This document shows, piece after piece, positions 10,654 through 23,039 of a stretch of DNA of 64,000 nt. How positions within the stretch are numbered: the first letter of the stretch is position 1; each line of letters begins with the position of its first letter. The translations under genes and the position numbers were made by a program. The stretch covers positions 33 through 64,032 of the forward strand of contig JBARZR010000104.1 of the NCBI GenBank assembly GCA_049650205.1, read 5' to 3'. The notes beneath the pieces are model-generated. The model was given only the letters and a program-made list of their open reading frames with translations. It ran no database searches and was not told where the DNA came from. The stretch is from Pacificimonas sp. (GTDB lineage: Bacteria; Pseudomonadota; Alphaproteobacteria; Sphingomonadales; Sphingomonadaceae).

Positions 10654-12033
10654 GTGCCCATGTCCCAAGATGCGAAACTGACGCGCGGATCGATCCGCCA
10701 CCACCTCGTCGCGCAAACCGCGCCCATGCTGTTGGGGATTGCCAGCATCATGTCCGTCGGGATTATCGACGCCTATTTTGTCGGCCAGCTGGGTCCCGAT
10801 CCGCTGGCGGCGATCAGTTTCATCTTTCCCATCACCGTGGTGCTGTCCAGCCTGGGGGTCGGCGTGCTGGTGGGTATCAACAGCGTGGTATCGCGGGCGC
10901 TGGGGTCGGGGGAACGCAAGATCGCCGAGCGGCGTGCGGTGCAGGGCGTGGCGCTGGCGCTTGGCTTCGGCCTGATTGTGGGTGCCGCATTGTTTGTCGT
11001 TGAGGGGCCGCTGTTTCGCCTGATGGGCGCGGCGGAGGAACTGCGTCCGCTAATCTCGGATTATATGCGCCCCTATGCGCTTGGCCTGCCGCTGCTGCTG
11101 GTCAGCATGGGCGCAAACGCGACCCTGCGTGCGCAGGGTGCTGCCTCGCGCTCGGCGATAATCCTGGGCACGATGGCGGCGGCCAACTGGGTGCTGGACC
11201 CGCTGCTGATCGCAGGCTGGGGTCCGTTTCCCTCCTTTGGCATTGCGGGCGCGGCCTATGCGAGCGTCGGGTCATTCGCGCTCGCCATGCTGGTGGGCCT
11301 TTGGCTGAGCGCGCGTAGCGATCTCGGTTTGCACCCGGACCGCTTGCGGGAAGGCGACTGGGGGCCGGGTGTCCATTCGCTGGGCAAGGTCGGCGGACCC
11401 GCCGCGCTTTCCAATTCGATAAATCCGGTCGGTCTGGCGGTGTTGACGGCCATGCTTTCCAGCTATGGCAATGACGCAGTCGCCGCCTTTGGCGTCGCTG
11501 GTCGCCTGCAGAGTCTGGCGGTGGTGCCACTGCTGGCGATGTCGTCCTCGATTGGAGGGATCGTCGGGCAGAACTGGGGCGCGGGACTGCCCGACAGGGC
11601 ACGGCTGGCACTGCATGAGGCGAGCCTTTTCTCGGTCGGATATGGTGTCGCGATCGCCGCGCTGCTGGTGGCGTTCCGGCAGGAAGCGGCGTCAGTCTTC
11701 ACCAACGATCCCGGCGTCATCGACCAGATCAGCACTTATCTGAGCATCGCGGCCTGGGGGTTTTGCGGATATGGCGCGCTGATTGTCACCAACGGTGCGC
11801 TGAATGCCATCGACAGGGCGCCGACGGCGACGATGGTGAGCGCCTTGCGCGTATTGGGCATCATGATCCCCGTTGCCTGGGTTGGCGCACGGCTGGCGGA
11901 CGCGTCCGGCGTGTTTGCGGGAGAGCTGGCGGCGAACCTTGCGGGCGGCGGTATCGCCTATCTGATCGGGCTGCGCGCCCTGAAGGAGGAACGCTGTCCT
12001 TATGGAAAGCGAGACCCGGTTCCCGCCGAGTGA
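10654..12033 (+). CDS. MATE family efflux transporter
   Basis: 459 aa, about 12 predicted TM helices. MATE-like N-terminus LTRGSIRHHLVAQTAPMLLGIASIMSVGIIDAYFVGQLG. Confidence 0.85.
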   Translation: MPMSQDAKLTRGSIRHHLVAQTAPMLLGIASIMSVGIIDAYFVGQLGPDPLAAISFIFPITVVLSSLGVGVLVGINSVVSRALGSGERKIAERRAVQGVALALGFGLIVGAALFVVEGPLFRLMGAAEELRPLISDYMRPYALGLPLLLVSMGANATLRAQGAASRSAIILGTMAAANWVLDPLLIAGWGPFPSFGIAGAAYASVGSFALAMLVGLWLSARSDLGLHPDRLREGDWGPGVHSLGKVGGPAALSNSINPVGLAVLTAMLSSYGNDAVAAFGVAGRLQSLAVVPLLAMSSSIGGIVGQNWGAGLPDRARLALHEASLFSVGYGVAIAALLVAFRQEAASVFTNDPGVIDQISTYLSIAAWGFCGYGALIVTNGALNAIDRAPTATMVSALRVLGIMIPVAWVGARLADASGVFAGELAANLAGGGIAYLIGLRALKEERCPYGKRDPVPAE

Positions 12034-12110
12034 GGCTAACTAAAGAAAAGGGCCGCCTGTCCGGATGGAGCGGGCGACCCTGATCTGTCGATCCGAAGGA
12101 CCGTAGACGA

Positions 12111-12434
12111 CTACATCTCTTCGTCGATGTCCGCTTCCATTTCGTCCATGGCGGCATCGGTTTCGGTGGCGGCTTCGTCCGCTGCGCCTTCGATCTCGTT
12201 GCCCATTTCGTCGAATTCGGCACCCATCTCGTCGCCCATGGCGTCGAGTTCGGCACCCATTTCGTCCATGCCGGCTTCCATATCGTCGATTGCGGCCTGG
12301 CCGGCCATTTCGGCGTCGTCGCCAGCGCCTTCCATGGTCGCCTCGGCGTTGTTCTCGGTGCCTTCGCTACATGCGGAGAGGCCAAGTCCGGCCACGAGCA
12401 TGGCGGCGGCGAAGCCCTTGGTCAGGTTGGTCAT
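12111..12434 (-). CDS. Acidic Met/Asp/Glu-repeat lipoprotein (unassigned)
   Basis: Start at ATG 12434 (MTNLTKGF...). Lipobox LGLSAC. The mature part is dominated by degenerate repeats D-E-M-G-A-E / D-A-M-G-D-E. Confidence 0.6.
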   Translation of the reverse strand: MTNLTKGFAAAMLVAGLGLSACSEGTENNAEATMEGAGDDAEMAGQAAIDDMEAGMDEMGAELDAMGDEMGAEFDEMGNEIEGAADEAATETDAAMDEMEADIDEEM

Positions 12435-12528
12435 CGATATTCCCCTAAATTCAGTTTTCGTTTTCTGTGGCAATACGCGCCACAGGCGCCGTATCATGCC
12501 AAGAACGCAGCAAAAGGAAAGAGGTTTC

Positions 12529-13152
12529 GTGAAGCTGTATTCCGAGCGGCTGTTCCCCGCGCTTTGCGATCGTGCGATGCGCGCGCCGGAAATCCAGGAC
12601 CGCCGTCGGCGGCTGGTTGCGGATGTCGCTGGGCAGGTTCTGGAAATCGGGTTTGGAACCGGCCTGTCGGCGGAGTTCTATCCCGCAGATGTAACGGAAC
12701 TGATAGCCGTCGAACCGTCTGCGGGGATGAACGAAACCGCGATAAAGAGGATCGCCGCAGCAAATGTACCGGTCCGGCTACTGCCGCGGGCGGGCGAAAG
12801 CCTGCCGGTCGACGACGCCAGTATCGACCATGTCGTGTGCAGCCTGACCCTGTGCAGCGTGGATGATCCAGCGCAGGTTCTGGCAGAAGTGAAGCGTGTT
12901 CTGAAACCGGGCGGCGGCTTTCATTTCATGGAACATGTGCTGTCGGACCGGCCGGCGGTGGCGCGCTGGCAGAGACGACTGAACCCGGTGCAGCGGGTGA
13001 TTGGCGTCGGTTGCAATCTGAACCGGGACACGACCACGCACATACGGGCGGCTGGGTTTGAGCTGGTGAGGGTTCCGCTCGAGCGCGAACCGGCATTTCC
13101 GTTCAGCGCGCTGTTCCCCTTAGCGCAGGGCGTGGCTTTCAAGCCGGACTAA
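12529..13152 (+). CDS. Class I SAM-dependent methyltransferase
   Basis: Motif I VLEIGFGTG and the Methyltransf_11-like block LKPGGGFHFMEH. GTG 12529 has a GGAAAGAGG RBS; ATG 12496 is an alternative start. The ORF-track start 12127 is antisense overlap with the lipoprotein gene. Confidence 0.8.
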   Translation: MKLYSERLFPALCDRAMRAPEIQDRRRRLVADVAGQVLEIGFGTGLSAEFYPADVTELIAVEPSAGMNETAIKRIAAANVPVRLLPRAGESLPVDDASIDHVVCSLTLCSVDDPAQVLAEVKRVLKPGGGFHFMEHVLSDRPAVARWQRRLNPVQRVIGVGCNLNRDTTTHIRAAGFELVRVPLEREPAFPFSALFPLAQGVAFKPD

Positions 13153-13961
13153 TTCTGCGGATCGTCATCGCCAGCCTGTGGCGCTTCGGGTTCGGTCAGC
13201 GCCGGGTCCTCGTCGGCGAAGAAATCGTCGGAGGCTTCGAAATCGTCCATCGATTCTCCGCTGGACGGGACATTGCCGTCGTGAATTTCCTGCAAGCGAG
13301 ACTGGATGTAGGCGGATTTCAGCGTTGCATAGGGGTCGAGCGCATTGGCGAGGACCGGGTCGGCGGTATCGATCAGGCGGGAGCGCAGTTCGATGACTTC
13401 GCCGCCGGTCACGCCGATCTGCTCGGTCCCGCTTAGGCCCAGAGTGCGGTCCTGGAAACGGGCCCAGGGGTCGGTTACGGAATCGACGCCGAAGCCTGCC
13501 ACGTCACGCAGGGAGGACGGGCCGAGGATCGGAAGGACGATATAAGGTCCGGAGCCGACGCCCCAGACCGCCAGTGTCTGGCCGAAATCCTCCTCCTGCC
13601 GGTCAAGCCCCAGTTCTGCCGCGCGGTCGGTCGTGCCGAGAAACCCATAGGTGGAATTGATGGCCAGGCGGTCAACGGCGCGAAAGGCCCGCTTGATCTT
13701 GCCCTGCAGGAGCGCGTTGATGAAACTGAGCGGTTCGTCGACATTGTCGAGCGCGTTGGCGACGCCCGTGCGCGCTGGCTTCGGAACGACGGCGCGATAG
13801 CCCTTGGCGACGGGTTTCAGCACCGCGCCGTCCACCGCGTCGTTGAAACTGTACATCTTGCGGTTGAAACCCTCCAGGCTGTCACCTTCCCGGTAGCCGG
13901 ATGGGGTGGTCGCGCATGCCGCGGTTAGTGCGAAGAGGGGAAGGAGGGCGAAGATACGCAT
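13149..13961 (-). CDS. mlaA: Phospholipid-binding lipoprotein MlaA/VacJ
   Basis: Lipobox LTAAC. MlaA family text EGFNRKMYSFNDAVD...GSGPYIVLPILGPSSLRD. Confidence 0.85.
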   Translation of the reverse strand: MRIFALLPLFALTAACATTPSGYREGDSLEGFNRKMYSFNDAVDGAVLKPVAKGYRAVVPKPARTGVANALDNVDEPLSFINALLQGKIKRAFRAVDRLAINSTYGFLGTTDRAAELGLDRQEEDFGQTLAVWGVGSGPYIVLPILGPSSLRDVAGFGVDSVTDPWARFQDRTLGLSGTEQIGVTGGEVIELRSRLIDTADPVLANALDPYATLKSAYIQSRLQEIHDGNVPSSGESMDDFEASDDFFADEDPALTEPEAPQAGDDDPQN

Positions 13962-14045
13962 GACAGGAGACTTTCGGTTACTCCCCTATAGCCTAGCGGT
14001 TCGGGCAAGGGTGCGGAAGACGTGTCGGGGCAGAATGTCAGATTG

Positions 14046-14069
14046 ACATATAAAGATATCTTTATATGT
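14046..14069. promoter_or_regulatory. Perfect 24-bp palindrome, putative operator of the downstream ArsR-type (SahR-like) regulator
   Basis: ACATATAAAGAT|ATCTTTATATGT lies 9 nt upstream of the regulator start codon. Confidence 0.6.
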
Positions 14070-14077
14070 GTTTTGAG

Positions 14078-15016
14078 ATGTCCTCGCTGATCGACATTTT
14101 CCGGGCGCTTGCCGACCCGACGCGGCTGCGCATTGCGCGGCTGGCGCGGCATATGGAACTGACCGTCGGCGAACTGGCGGATGTGCTGGACCAGTCGCAG
14201 CCGCGCGTATCGCGCCATGTAAAAATCCTGGCAGATGCCGGACTGGTGGTGCGGCGCAAGGAAGGCAGCTGGGCCTTTATCGGGTTTTCGCGCGCGGCAC
14301 CTGCCAGTGAGATTGGAGCGTTGCTGGAAGGCGAGGATAGCGACGAGCTGGCTGGCGATCTAAACCGCCTTGATTCCGTTCGGGCCACGCGCGTCGCGGC
14401 GGCGGAGCGTTATTTTGCCAGCCATGCCAGCGACTGGGACCGGATCCGCAGTTTGCACGTCGCGGACAGCGAAGTCGAAGCCGCGATCCTGCGTCTGCTG
14501 GGACGGAAACCCCTGGGCAAGTTGATGGACATCGGCACGGGGACGGGGCGGATGCTGGAACTGCTCGCCCCCCGCGCATCGCACGCCGTCGGTATCGACC
14601 GCAGCGCCGAGATGCTGCGCGCGGCGCGTGGCAAGCTTGAGGCCGTGGGCCTTGGCGACCTGCCCGTGCGGCAGGGGGATATGTTCGCACTGCCATTGGA
14701 CGATGCCAGTGTCGACACGGTGATCCTGCATCACGTCCTGCACTTCGCCGAGCAGCCGCAAGGTGCCATTCGCGAGGCGGCGCGCGTTCTTGCGCCGGGC
14801 GGCCGGCTGTTGATCGCGGACTTCGCGCCACATGACCGGGAAGAACTGCGCCGTGATCATGCGCATGTGCGACTGGGCTTTGCCGACCGGACGGTGACGG
14901 ACTGGCTGACGGCGGCAGGCCTGACGCCCCGCGCGCCCGAGCATTTGGAGGGTCCGCTGACGGTGACGATCTGGCTGGGTGAAAAGCGTCCCGAGTTGAA
15001 GGAGATAGCGGCATGA
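14078..15016 (+). CDS. ArsR-family wHTH regulator fused to a SAM-methyltransferase-like domain (SahR-like)
   Basis: N-terminal ArsR wHTH (IFRALADPTRLRIARLA...ELADVLDQSQPRVSRHVKIL). C-terminal MTase fold (LMDIGTGTGRMLELL). The stop overlaps the metF start (ATGA). Start taken at ATG 14078, because ATG 14066 lies inside the palindrome. Confidence 0.75.
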   Translation: MSSLIDIFRALADPTRLRIARLARHMELTVGELADVLDQSQPRVSRHVKILADAGLVVRRKEGSWAFIGFSRAAPASEIGALLEGEDSDELAGDLNRLDSVRATRVAAAERYFASHASDWDRIRSLHVADSEVEAAILRLLGRKPLGKLMDIGTGTGRMLELLAPRASHAVGIDRSAEMLRAARGKLEAVGLGDLPVRQGDMFALPLDDASVDTVILHHVLHFAEQPQGAIREAARVLAPGGRLLIADFAPHDREELRRDHAHVRLGFADRTVTDWLTAAGLTPRAPEHLEGPLTVTIWLGEKRPELKEIAA

Positions 15017-15942
15017 CCGATGTGAACAACCCTGTCGAACCGCCTGCCGACGCACGCGCCCATGCGAACCCGATGTTCGCAGACATGCTTGGCGATATAG
15101 ACGTCTCCTTCGAGTTCTTCCCACCCGCCAGCGACAAGATGGAGGAGACATTATGGTCGTCCATCAAAACTCTGGAGCCGTTGTCGCCGAAATTCGTCAG
15201 CGTGACTTATGGGGCGGGCGGGTCCACACGCGGCCGCACCCATGCGACTGTCTCGCGCCTCGTCCGGGAAACGGGGCTGACCCCCGCCGCGCACTTGACC
15301 TGCGTCGATGCCAGCCGTGCGGATATCGCGGAGGTGGCGCAAGGCTATTGGGACGCCGGGGTTCGCCACATCGTTGCGCTGAGAGGGGATCCACCGCGCA
15401 AGGGCGAGGCGTTTTCGGCGCACCCGGACGGCTATGATTGCGCGGCGAGCCTGGTGGCGGGACTAAAGGATGTCGCAGACTTCGAGATTTCCGTCGCGGC
15501 ATATCCGGAAACCCATCCGGAATCCGGAACGATGTCGGCCGACCTCGACAATCTGAAGCGCAAGCTGGACGCGGGCGCGTCGCAGGCGATCACGCAGTTC
15601 TTCTTTTCCGCCGAGGCGTTTTTCCGCTTTCGGGACGCGGCGGCGGCGTATGGCATATCCGCGCCAATCCTGCCGGGGATATTGCCGGTTTCGAATTTCA
15701 AACAGACGAAGAAGTTCGCCGCGATGAACGGAACGGCTCTGCCAGGCTGGCTGGAACGGTTGTTCGAGGGGCTGGACGACAAGCCGGATGCGCGCAAGCT
15801 GGTCGCCGCGACCGTCGCCGCTGAAATGTGCCGCCGCCTCTATGCAGGCGGCGTGCGCGATTTTCATTTTTACACATTGAACCGGGCGGAGCTTAGCTAT
15901 GCGATTTGCCATATGCTGGGACTGAGGGCGAAAGCGATATGA
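15013..15942 (+). CDS. metF: 5,10-methylenetetrahydrofolate reductase
   Basis: 309 aa. MTHFR text VSFEFFPP...FVSVTYGAGGSTR...DFHFYTLNRAE. Confidence 0.95.
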   Translation: MTDVNNPVEPPADARAHANPMFADMLGDIDVSFEFFPPASDKMEETLWSSIKTLEPLSPKFVSVTYGAGGSTRGRTHATVSRLVRETGLTPAAHLTCVDASRADIAEVAQGYWDAGVRHIVALRGDPPRKGEAFSAHPDGYDCAASLVAGLKDVADFEISVAAYPETHPESGTMSADLDNLKRKLDAGASQAITQFFFSAEAFFRFRDAAAAYGISAPILPGILPVSNFKQTKKFAAMNGTALPGWLERLFEGLDDKPDARKLVAATVAAEMCRRLYAGGVRDFHFYTLNRAELSYAICHMLGLRAKAI

Positions 15943-16975
15943 GCGTGCGGAGCGATTTCGAGGCGCTGGTCGCCGAACGCATCCTGATCAAGGACGGACC
16001 TTACGGAACCGCGATCCAGAAGCGAAAGCTGACCGAGGCGGACTACAAGGGCGATAGCGGCCTGACGGCGGATCAGAAGGGCAATAACGACCTGCTGAAC
16101 CTGACGCGGCCTGCGCTGATCCGCGAGATCGCCGATGAATATCTGGACGCAGGCGCGGACATAGTGGCAACCAACACGTTCAACGCGACGGAGATCTCGC
16201 AGGGCGATTACGATGCGCAGCATCTGGTGGGTGACATCAACCGGTCGGCGGCAAGCATATTGCGCGGCGCCGTCGATGCGCGTCAGGATGGGCGGCGGCG
16301 TTTCGTCTGCGGTGCTATCGGCCCGACCAACAAGACGCTTTCGATTTCCCCCGACGTCAACAATCCCGGCTATCGCGAGGTCGAGTTTGACGGCGTGAAG
16401 GCGGTTTATCGCGAGCAGATCGACGCGCTGGTCGAGGGCGGCGTCGATATCATTCTGATCGAGACGGTGTTCGACACGCTGAATGCGAAGGCGGCGGCGA
16501 TGGCGGCGATGGAGGCTGGAGACGCGTTGGGCCACGATCTGCCTGTCATGCTGTCGATGACGTTGACAGACATGGCAGGACGCAATCTGTCGGGGCAGAC
16601 GGTGGAGGCCTTCTGGTATTCGGTGAGGCATGTCAGGCCGCTGACCATCGGGCTGAACTGCTCGTTCGGGGCGACCGAGTTGCGCCCGCATGTGGCGGCG
16701 CTGGCGAAGATCGCCGACGTGCCCGTGATGGTTTATCCCAATGCGGGCCTGCCGAACGAGATGGGCGAATATGACGAGGCGGCGGAGACAACGGCGGCAT
16801 TGGTGCGGGCATGGGCAGAGGAAGGCTATGTCAACGCGCTCGGCGGCTGCTGCGGCACGACGCCCGAACATATCGCGGCGATGGCGGACGCCGTAAAGGA
16901 CATGACTCCGCGCGACGTGGCGACCAAGCCCGCCGCGATGCGGCTTTCTGGACTCGAACCGTTTACGGTGGCGGC

Positions 16976-16979
<4 letters not shown>
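15939..16979 (+). CDS. metH: Methionine synthase, separate homocysteine-binding (S-methyltransferase) module
   Basis: Hcy S-methyltransferase domain with the zinc-ligand motif [14 protein letters not shown] 15939 overlaps the metF stop (ATGA). Confidence 0.9.
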
Positions 16980-19585
<2,606 letters not shown>

Positions 19586-19588
19586 AGG

Positions 19589-20497
19589 CTATCCGGGTAG
19601 GAGAACCTGACCCAGCCGGGGGAAATGCACATGCACCCGGCCTGCGCGATCGTCGTCGCGAGCCAGGATGATGCGGCGATCGTCGAGGCCGATCAGCGTT
19701 CCGCTGACGGCGGCGGGATCGGGAGACTCCGTTTTCACGCTGACCATATCCCCGGCCTTGAAGCCGCGATCCGGCGCGATGGCGCTGTCGTGTATTGGAG
19801 TAAATGCGGACGCGTGGGCGATGGCCTGCTCACCTGTCCAGAGTTCCAACGTGCCCTCGCCAATGGCGGCGACACGGTCATACCAGTCGGCAATAGACTC
19901 GCCGAGATCGGCGGGCTTGTGTCCGGCGAAACCGACGAAGCGGACATTCATGTAAAGCGCGAAATCGGCATGGCCCGCCTGATCGCCGCCAACGAAATCC
20001 CGACCGTCGCCGAGTATTTCCTCCAACAAATTCGCACCCGCCGCAAATTGCGACGCGAGATGCGGAACGGTTGGCAGGAAGGTCTCCGGGTTCATCCCGA
20101 AGCGCGTCTTGCGGTCCTCCCAAAAGGCGGGCGGCACCACCTCGGGGTTGCTGCCCAGCGCGACGCCAACACTGGGCATGAACCAGCTGGACCCGGCCCA
20201 AAGCGCGAGCAGGCGTCCCGCGAACGCCATCGGTTTCGGATAGAGGGAAGGCTGCGGCTGGTGCGCCTCCAGCGCGTCCATGATGATTGCCGTATCGCAA
20301 TAGATATCGGCACCGATCTGCAGGACAGGAATATGTTCATAGCCACCCGTGAGCGCACTGAGGTCGGGCTTCGGTTTGATATTCGGCTGTTCGACGGATT
20401 TCCAGCTAAGTCCCTTTAGGCCGAGCGCCAGCCGCACCATCTGCGCGAACGGCGAATGGGGATAGTCGTGGAGGACGATTTCGGGCGTGTCGGTCAA
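19589..20497 (-). CDS. Glutathione S-transferase family protein with C-terminal extension
   Basis: GST N-terminal thioredoxin-like fold (IVLHDYPHSPFAQMVRLAL...IPVLQIGADIYCDT). 302 aa. Confidence 0.78.
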   Translation of the reverse strand: MTDTPEIVLHDYPHSPFAQMVRLALGLKGLSWKSVEQPNIKPKPDLSALTGGYEHIPVLQIGADIYCDTAIIMDALEAHQPQPSLYPKPMAFAGRLLALWAGSSWFMPSVGVALGSNPEVVPPAFWEDRKTRFGMNPETFLPTVPHLASQFAAGANLLEEILGDGRDFVGGDQAGHADFALYMNVRFVGFAGHKPADLGESIADWYDRVAAIGEGTLELWTGEQAIAHASAFTPIHDSAIAPDRGFKAGDMVSVKTESPDPAAVSGTLIGLDDRRIILARDDDRAGRVHVHFPRLGQVLLPG

Positions 20498-20499
20498 GC

Positions 20500-21723
20500 T
20501 CAGCTCCTGTAATCTGCATTTATGCTGATGTAGCCATGGGTAAGGTCGCAGGTCCAGACTCTTGCGCGGCCATCGCCGATATTGAGAGAGACGCCGATGT
20601 CGATTTCATCGCCTTTCAAATGGGCGGCGACGGGCGTTTCGTCATAGCCGTCGACGACTTCGCCATTTGCCGCGACCACTATGTCGCCGAAACGTATGCA
20701 AAGCAGGTCGCGATCGGCGGGCTCCCCCGCCTTGCCGACCGCCATGACCACACGGCCCCAGTTCGCATCTTCCCCCGCTATGGCGGTCTTGACCAGCGGC
20801 GAATTGGCGATGCTGAGCGCGATGCGCTTCGCACTTTCGTCGCTGACGGCGCCATCCACATCGACCGAAATGAATTTCGCCGCCCCCTCGCCATCGCGGA
20901 CGATCTGCCGAGCGAGGTTCTGGCAAATATCGGAGAGTGCGGCGGCAAAGGCATCCGCGCCGGGATCGTCCATGCTGCCGATGTGCGGACCGGTCCTGCC
21001 GGTTGCGAAGACCAGCAGCGTGTCACTGGTCGAGGTGTCGCCGTCCACCGTGATGCTGTTGAAGCTGCGGTCGTTCGCCTTTTCGACCATGTCCTGAAGC
21101 AGGGCTGTACCTATGTCCGCGTCGGTAAACACATAGGCCAGCATCGTCGCCATGTCCGGCGCGATCATTCCGGATCCCTTGGCAATGCCGGAGAGGCTCA
21201 CCGTACTGTCCCCGACGATCGCGGTCGCGGCGGCGCCCTTGGGGAAGGTGTCGGTCGTCGAGATCGCCCTGGCGGCATCCTCCCAGCCCGCCGTTCCTGG
21301 CGCGCGGGAAGCGGACGCGAGCGCATCCATTGCCCGCTCCGCCGGCAGCGGCACACCTATGACGCCGGTTGCGGAAAGAAACACTTCTGAAATGGGTACG
21401 TCTTCAAGCGCGGCGATCCTGTCTCCGATCATCTGCGCCGCCGCCTGCCCTTTCTTGCCAGTAAAGGCGTTGGAATTGCCGGAAGAAACCACCAGTGCGC
21501 GAGCACGCCCGGGAAGCCGTGCACGACACCACTCGACCTCCGGCGAAGCGCAGGCGGATCGAGTCGTGACGCCCGTCACGCGCGTTCCTTCGGCGAATCG
21601 GCCAATCAGGAGGTCCATTCTGGAACGATAATGAAAGCCCGCATGGGCGACAGCGAGCTGAACGCCCGGAATATCGGGCAGGTCAGGGAAATGATTGGGA
21701 GCAAGAGGAGAACGATCTGACAT
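20500..21723 (-). CDS. argJ: Bifunctional ornithine acetyltransferase / N-acetylglutamate synthase ArgJ
   Basis: ArgJ family with self-cleavage site DMATMLAYVFTDA. ATG 21723 (MSDRSPL) gives a typical 407 aa; GTG 21759 is an alternative start. Confidence 0.93.
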   Translation of the reverse strand: MSDRSPLAPNHFPDLPDIPGVQLAVAHAGFHYRSRMDLLIGRFAEGTRVTGVTTRSACASPEVEWCRARLPGRARALVVSSGNSNAFTGKKGQAAAQMIGDRIAALEDVPISEVFLSATGVIGVPLPAERAMDALASASRAPGTAGWEDAARAISTTDTFPKGAAATAIVGDSTVSLSGIAKGSGMIAPDMATMLAYVFTDADIGTALLQDMVEKANDRSFNSITVDGDTSTSDTLLVFATGRTGPHIGSMDDPGADAFAAALSDICQNLARQIVRDGEGAAKFISVDVDGAVSDESAKRIALSIANSPLVKTAIAGEDANWGRVVMAVGKAGEPADRDLLCIRFGDIVVAANGEVVDGYDETPVAAHLKGDEIDIGVSLNIGDGRARVWTCDLTHGYISINADYRS

Positions 21724-21879
21724 TGCGGGGAAAACGCCTGCTCGGGTCGGTATGAGCACTCGTCCTTAGACTTACCGAAAGGCGGGCGTAAAGGGCGCTC
21801 CGGAACGTTCACCTGATGCAGATTTAATTTTTAGGAGGATATCTGTGCTAGTCATCATGTTAGCGTATCAGCTGACCGT

Positions 21880-22902
21880 ATGTTCGAGACGTTCCGGGAG
21901 CCGGATATGAAAGAAAATACAAAGCGGGACGGGGATCCCGCATTCGCAAATGCTCCCGCAGACCAGTATCGGGAAGAGATTGCCCGGCTTAGCGCCGAAA
22001 ACGCGGCTCTGCGCCTGTCGAATTCGCGCCATTCTACTGCAGAGGCACGTCTCTCGCTCGCCCTCGATGCGACCGGGTTCGGCGTCTGGGACTGGGACAT
22101 GGTCTCCGGTGACGTATGGATGTCCGACAGCGCGCTTGCCGTACAGGGTTTCATAAAAGGCGACGTCCGCACGCATACCCTTGGGGCGAAGGACTATTTC
22201 CATCCCGATGACTGGCCGCGCTGGGAGAAGCTGCTGTCGTCCTGCGCCAAGGGTACAAGCGAAATGGTCGCCGACGAACACCGCATGCGGCACAAAAACG
22301 GCAATTGGATCTGGATGCTGGAACGCGCCCGTGTCGTGGAACGCGACAAGGACGGCCGTGCCCTGCGCATGATCGGGACGCGGGCCGACATGACGGAGCG
22401 CCGCAAAAGCGAAGAACGCATTCGCTGGCTGGCGCTGCACGACCCCCTGACCGGCCTGCCCAACCGGGCGCTGTTCCATGACATGCTGACGGCCGGTCTG
22501 GTGCGGGCCGAGGAGGGCGAGGGCGAATGCGGCCTTTTGTTTATCGACATCGACAACTTCAAAAAGATCAATGACTCCTACGGTCATGAAGAGGGTGACA
22601 ATGTACTGTGCGGAATTGCCGAACATCTGCGCAATCTCTTTGCCGCGCCTGCGACAGTCGCCCGTATCGGCGGTGACGAATTCGGTGTCGTGATCCCGAA
22701 TATAGCGGACGCGTCGATGCTCCGCGCGCTGGCCACATCGGCTCTTAGGGAGGCAGATGGAAAACAGGTCTGCTTCAGTGTCGGCGGGGCGATTTATCCT
22801 ACGCATGCCGACGATATCCGAACGCTGCGTCGCCGTGCCGACGCCGCGTTGTATCAGGCCAAGGCCGAGGGTCGTTGCCGCGCCGTCGTCCACGCAGGTT
22901 GA
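21880..22902 (+). CDS. PAS-domain diguanylate cyclase (GGDEF)
   Basis: PAS-like segment (WDWDMVSGDVWMS...) and GGDEF active site RIGGDEFGVV. ATG 21907 is an alternative start. Confidence 0.88.
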   Translation: MFETFREPDMKENTKRDGDPAFANAPADQYREEIARLSAENAALRLSNSRHSTAEARLSLALDATGFGVWDWDMVSGDVWMSDSALAVQGFIKGDVRTHTLGAKDYFHPDDWPRWEKLLSSCAKGTSEMVADEHRMRHKNGNWIWMLERARVVERDKDGRALRMIGTRADMTERRKSEERIRWLALHDPLTGLPNRALFHDMLTAGLVRAEEGEGECGLLFIDIDNFKKINDSYGHEEGDNVLCGIAEHLRNLFAAPATVARIGGDEFGVVIPNIADASMLRALATSALREADGKQVCFSVGGAIYPTHADDIRTLRRRADAALYQAKAEGRCRAVVHAG

Positions 22903-22927
22903 CCGCCGCGCCAAAACTCGCGCTTCA

Positions 22928-22956
22928 TTGACCCTTAAGGGGGCCGCACCTATGTC
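22928..22956 (+). promoter_or_regulatory. Putative sigma-70-type promoter upstream of secA (TTGACC-N17-TATGTC)
   Basis: Hexamers with 17-nt spacing lie about 85 nt upstream of the secA start. Confidence 0.35.
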
Positions 22957-23039
22957 GCGCCCCTGACAGTTATTCATGCCCGCACGACCGCCGGAACAGG
23001 TCCGGCCCCGACGCGCGGCACTTACGGCAAGGATTTCCA

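Noticed and set aside
12127-12528. N-terminal 134 codons of the 341-aa plus-strand ORF preceding the methyltransferase domain.
   Set aside because: The Ser/Ala/Pro-rich translation is the mirror of the acidic lipoprotein gene. The methyltransferase has its own RBS and start at 12529 (or 12496).
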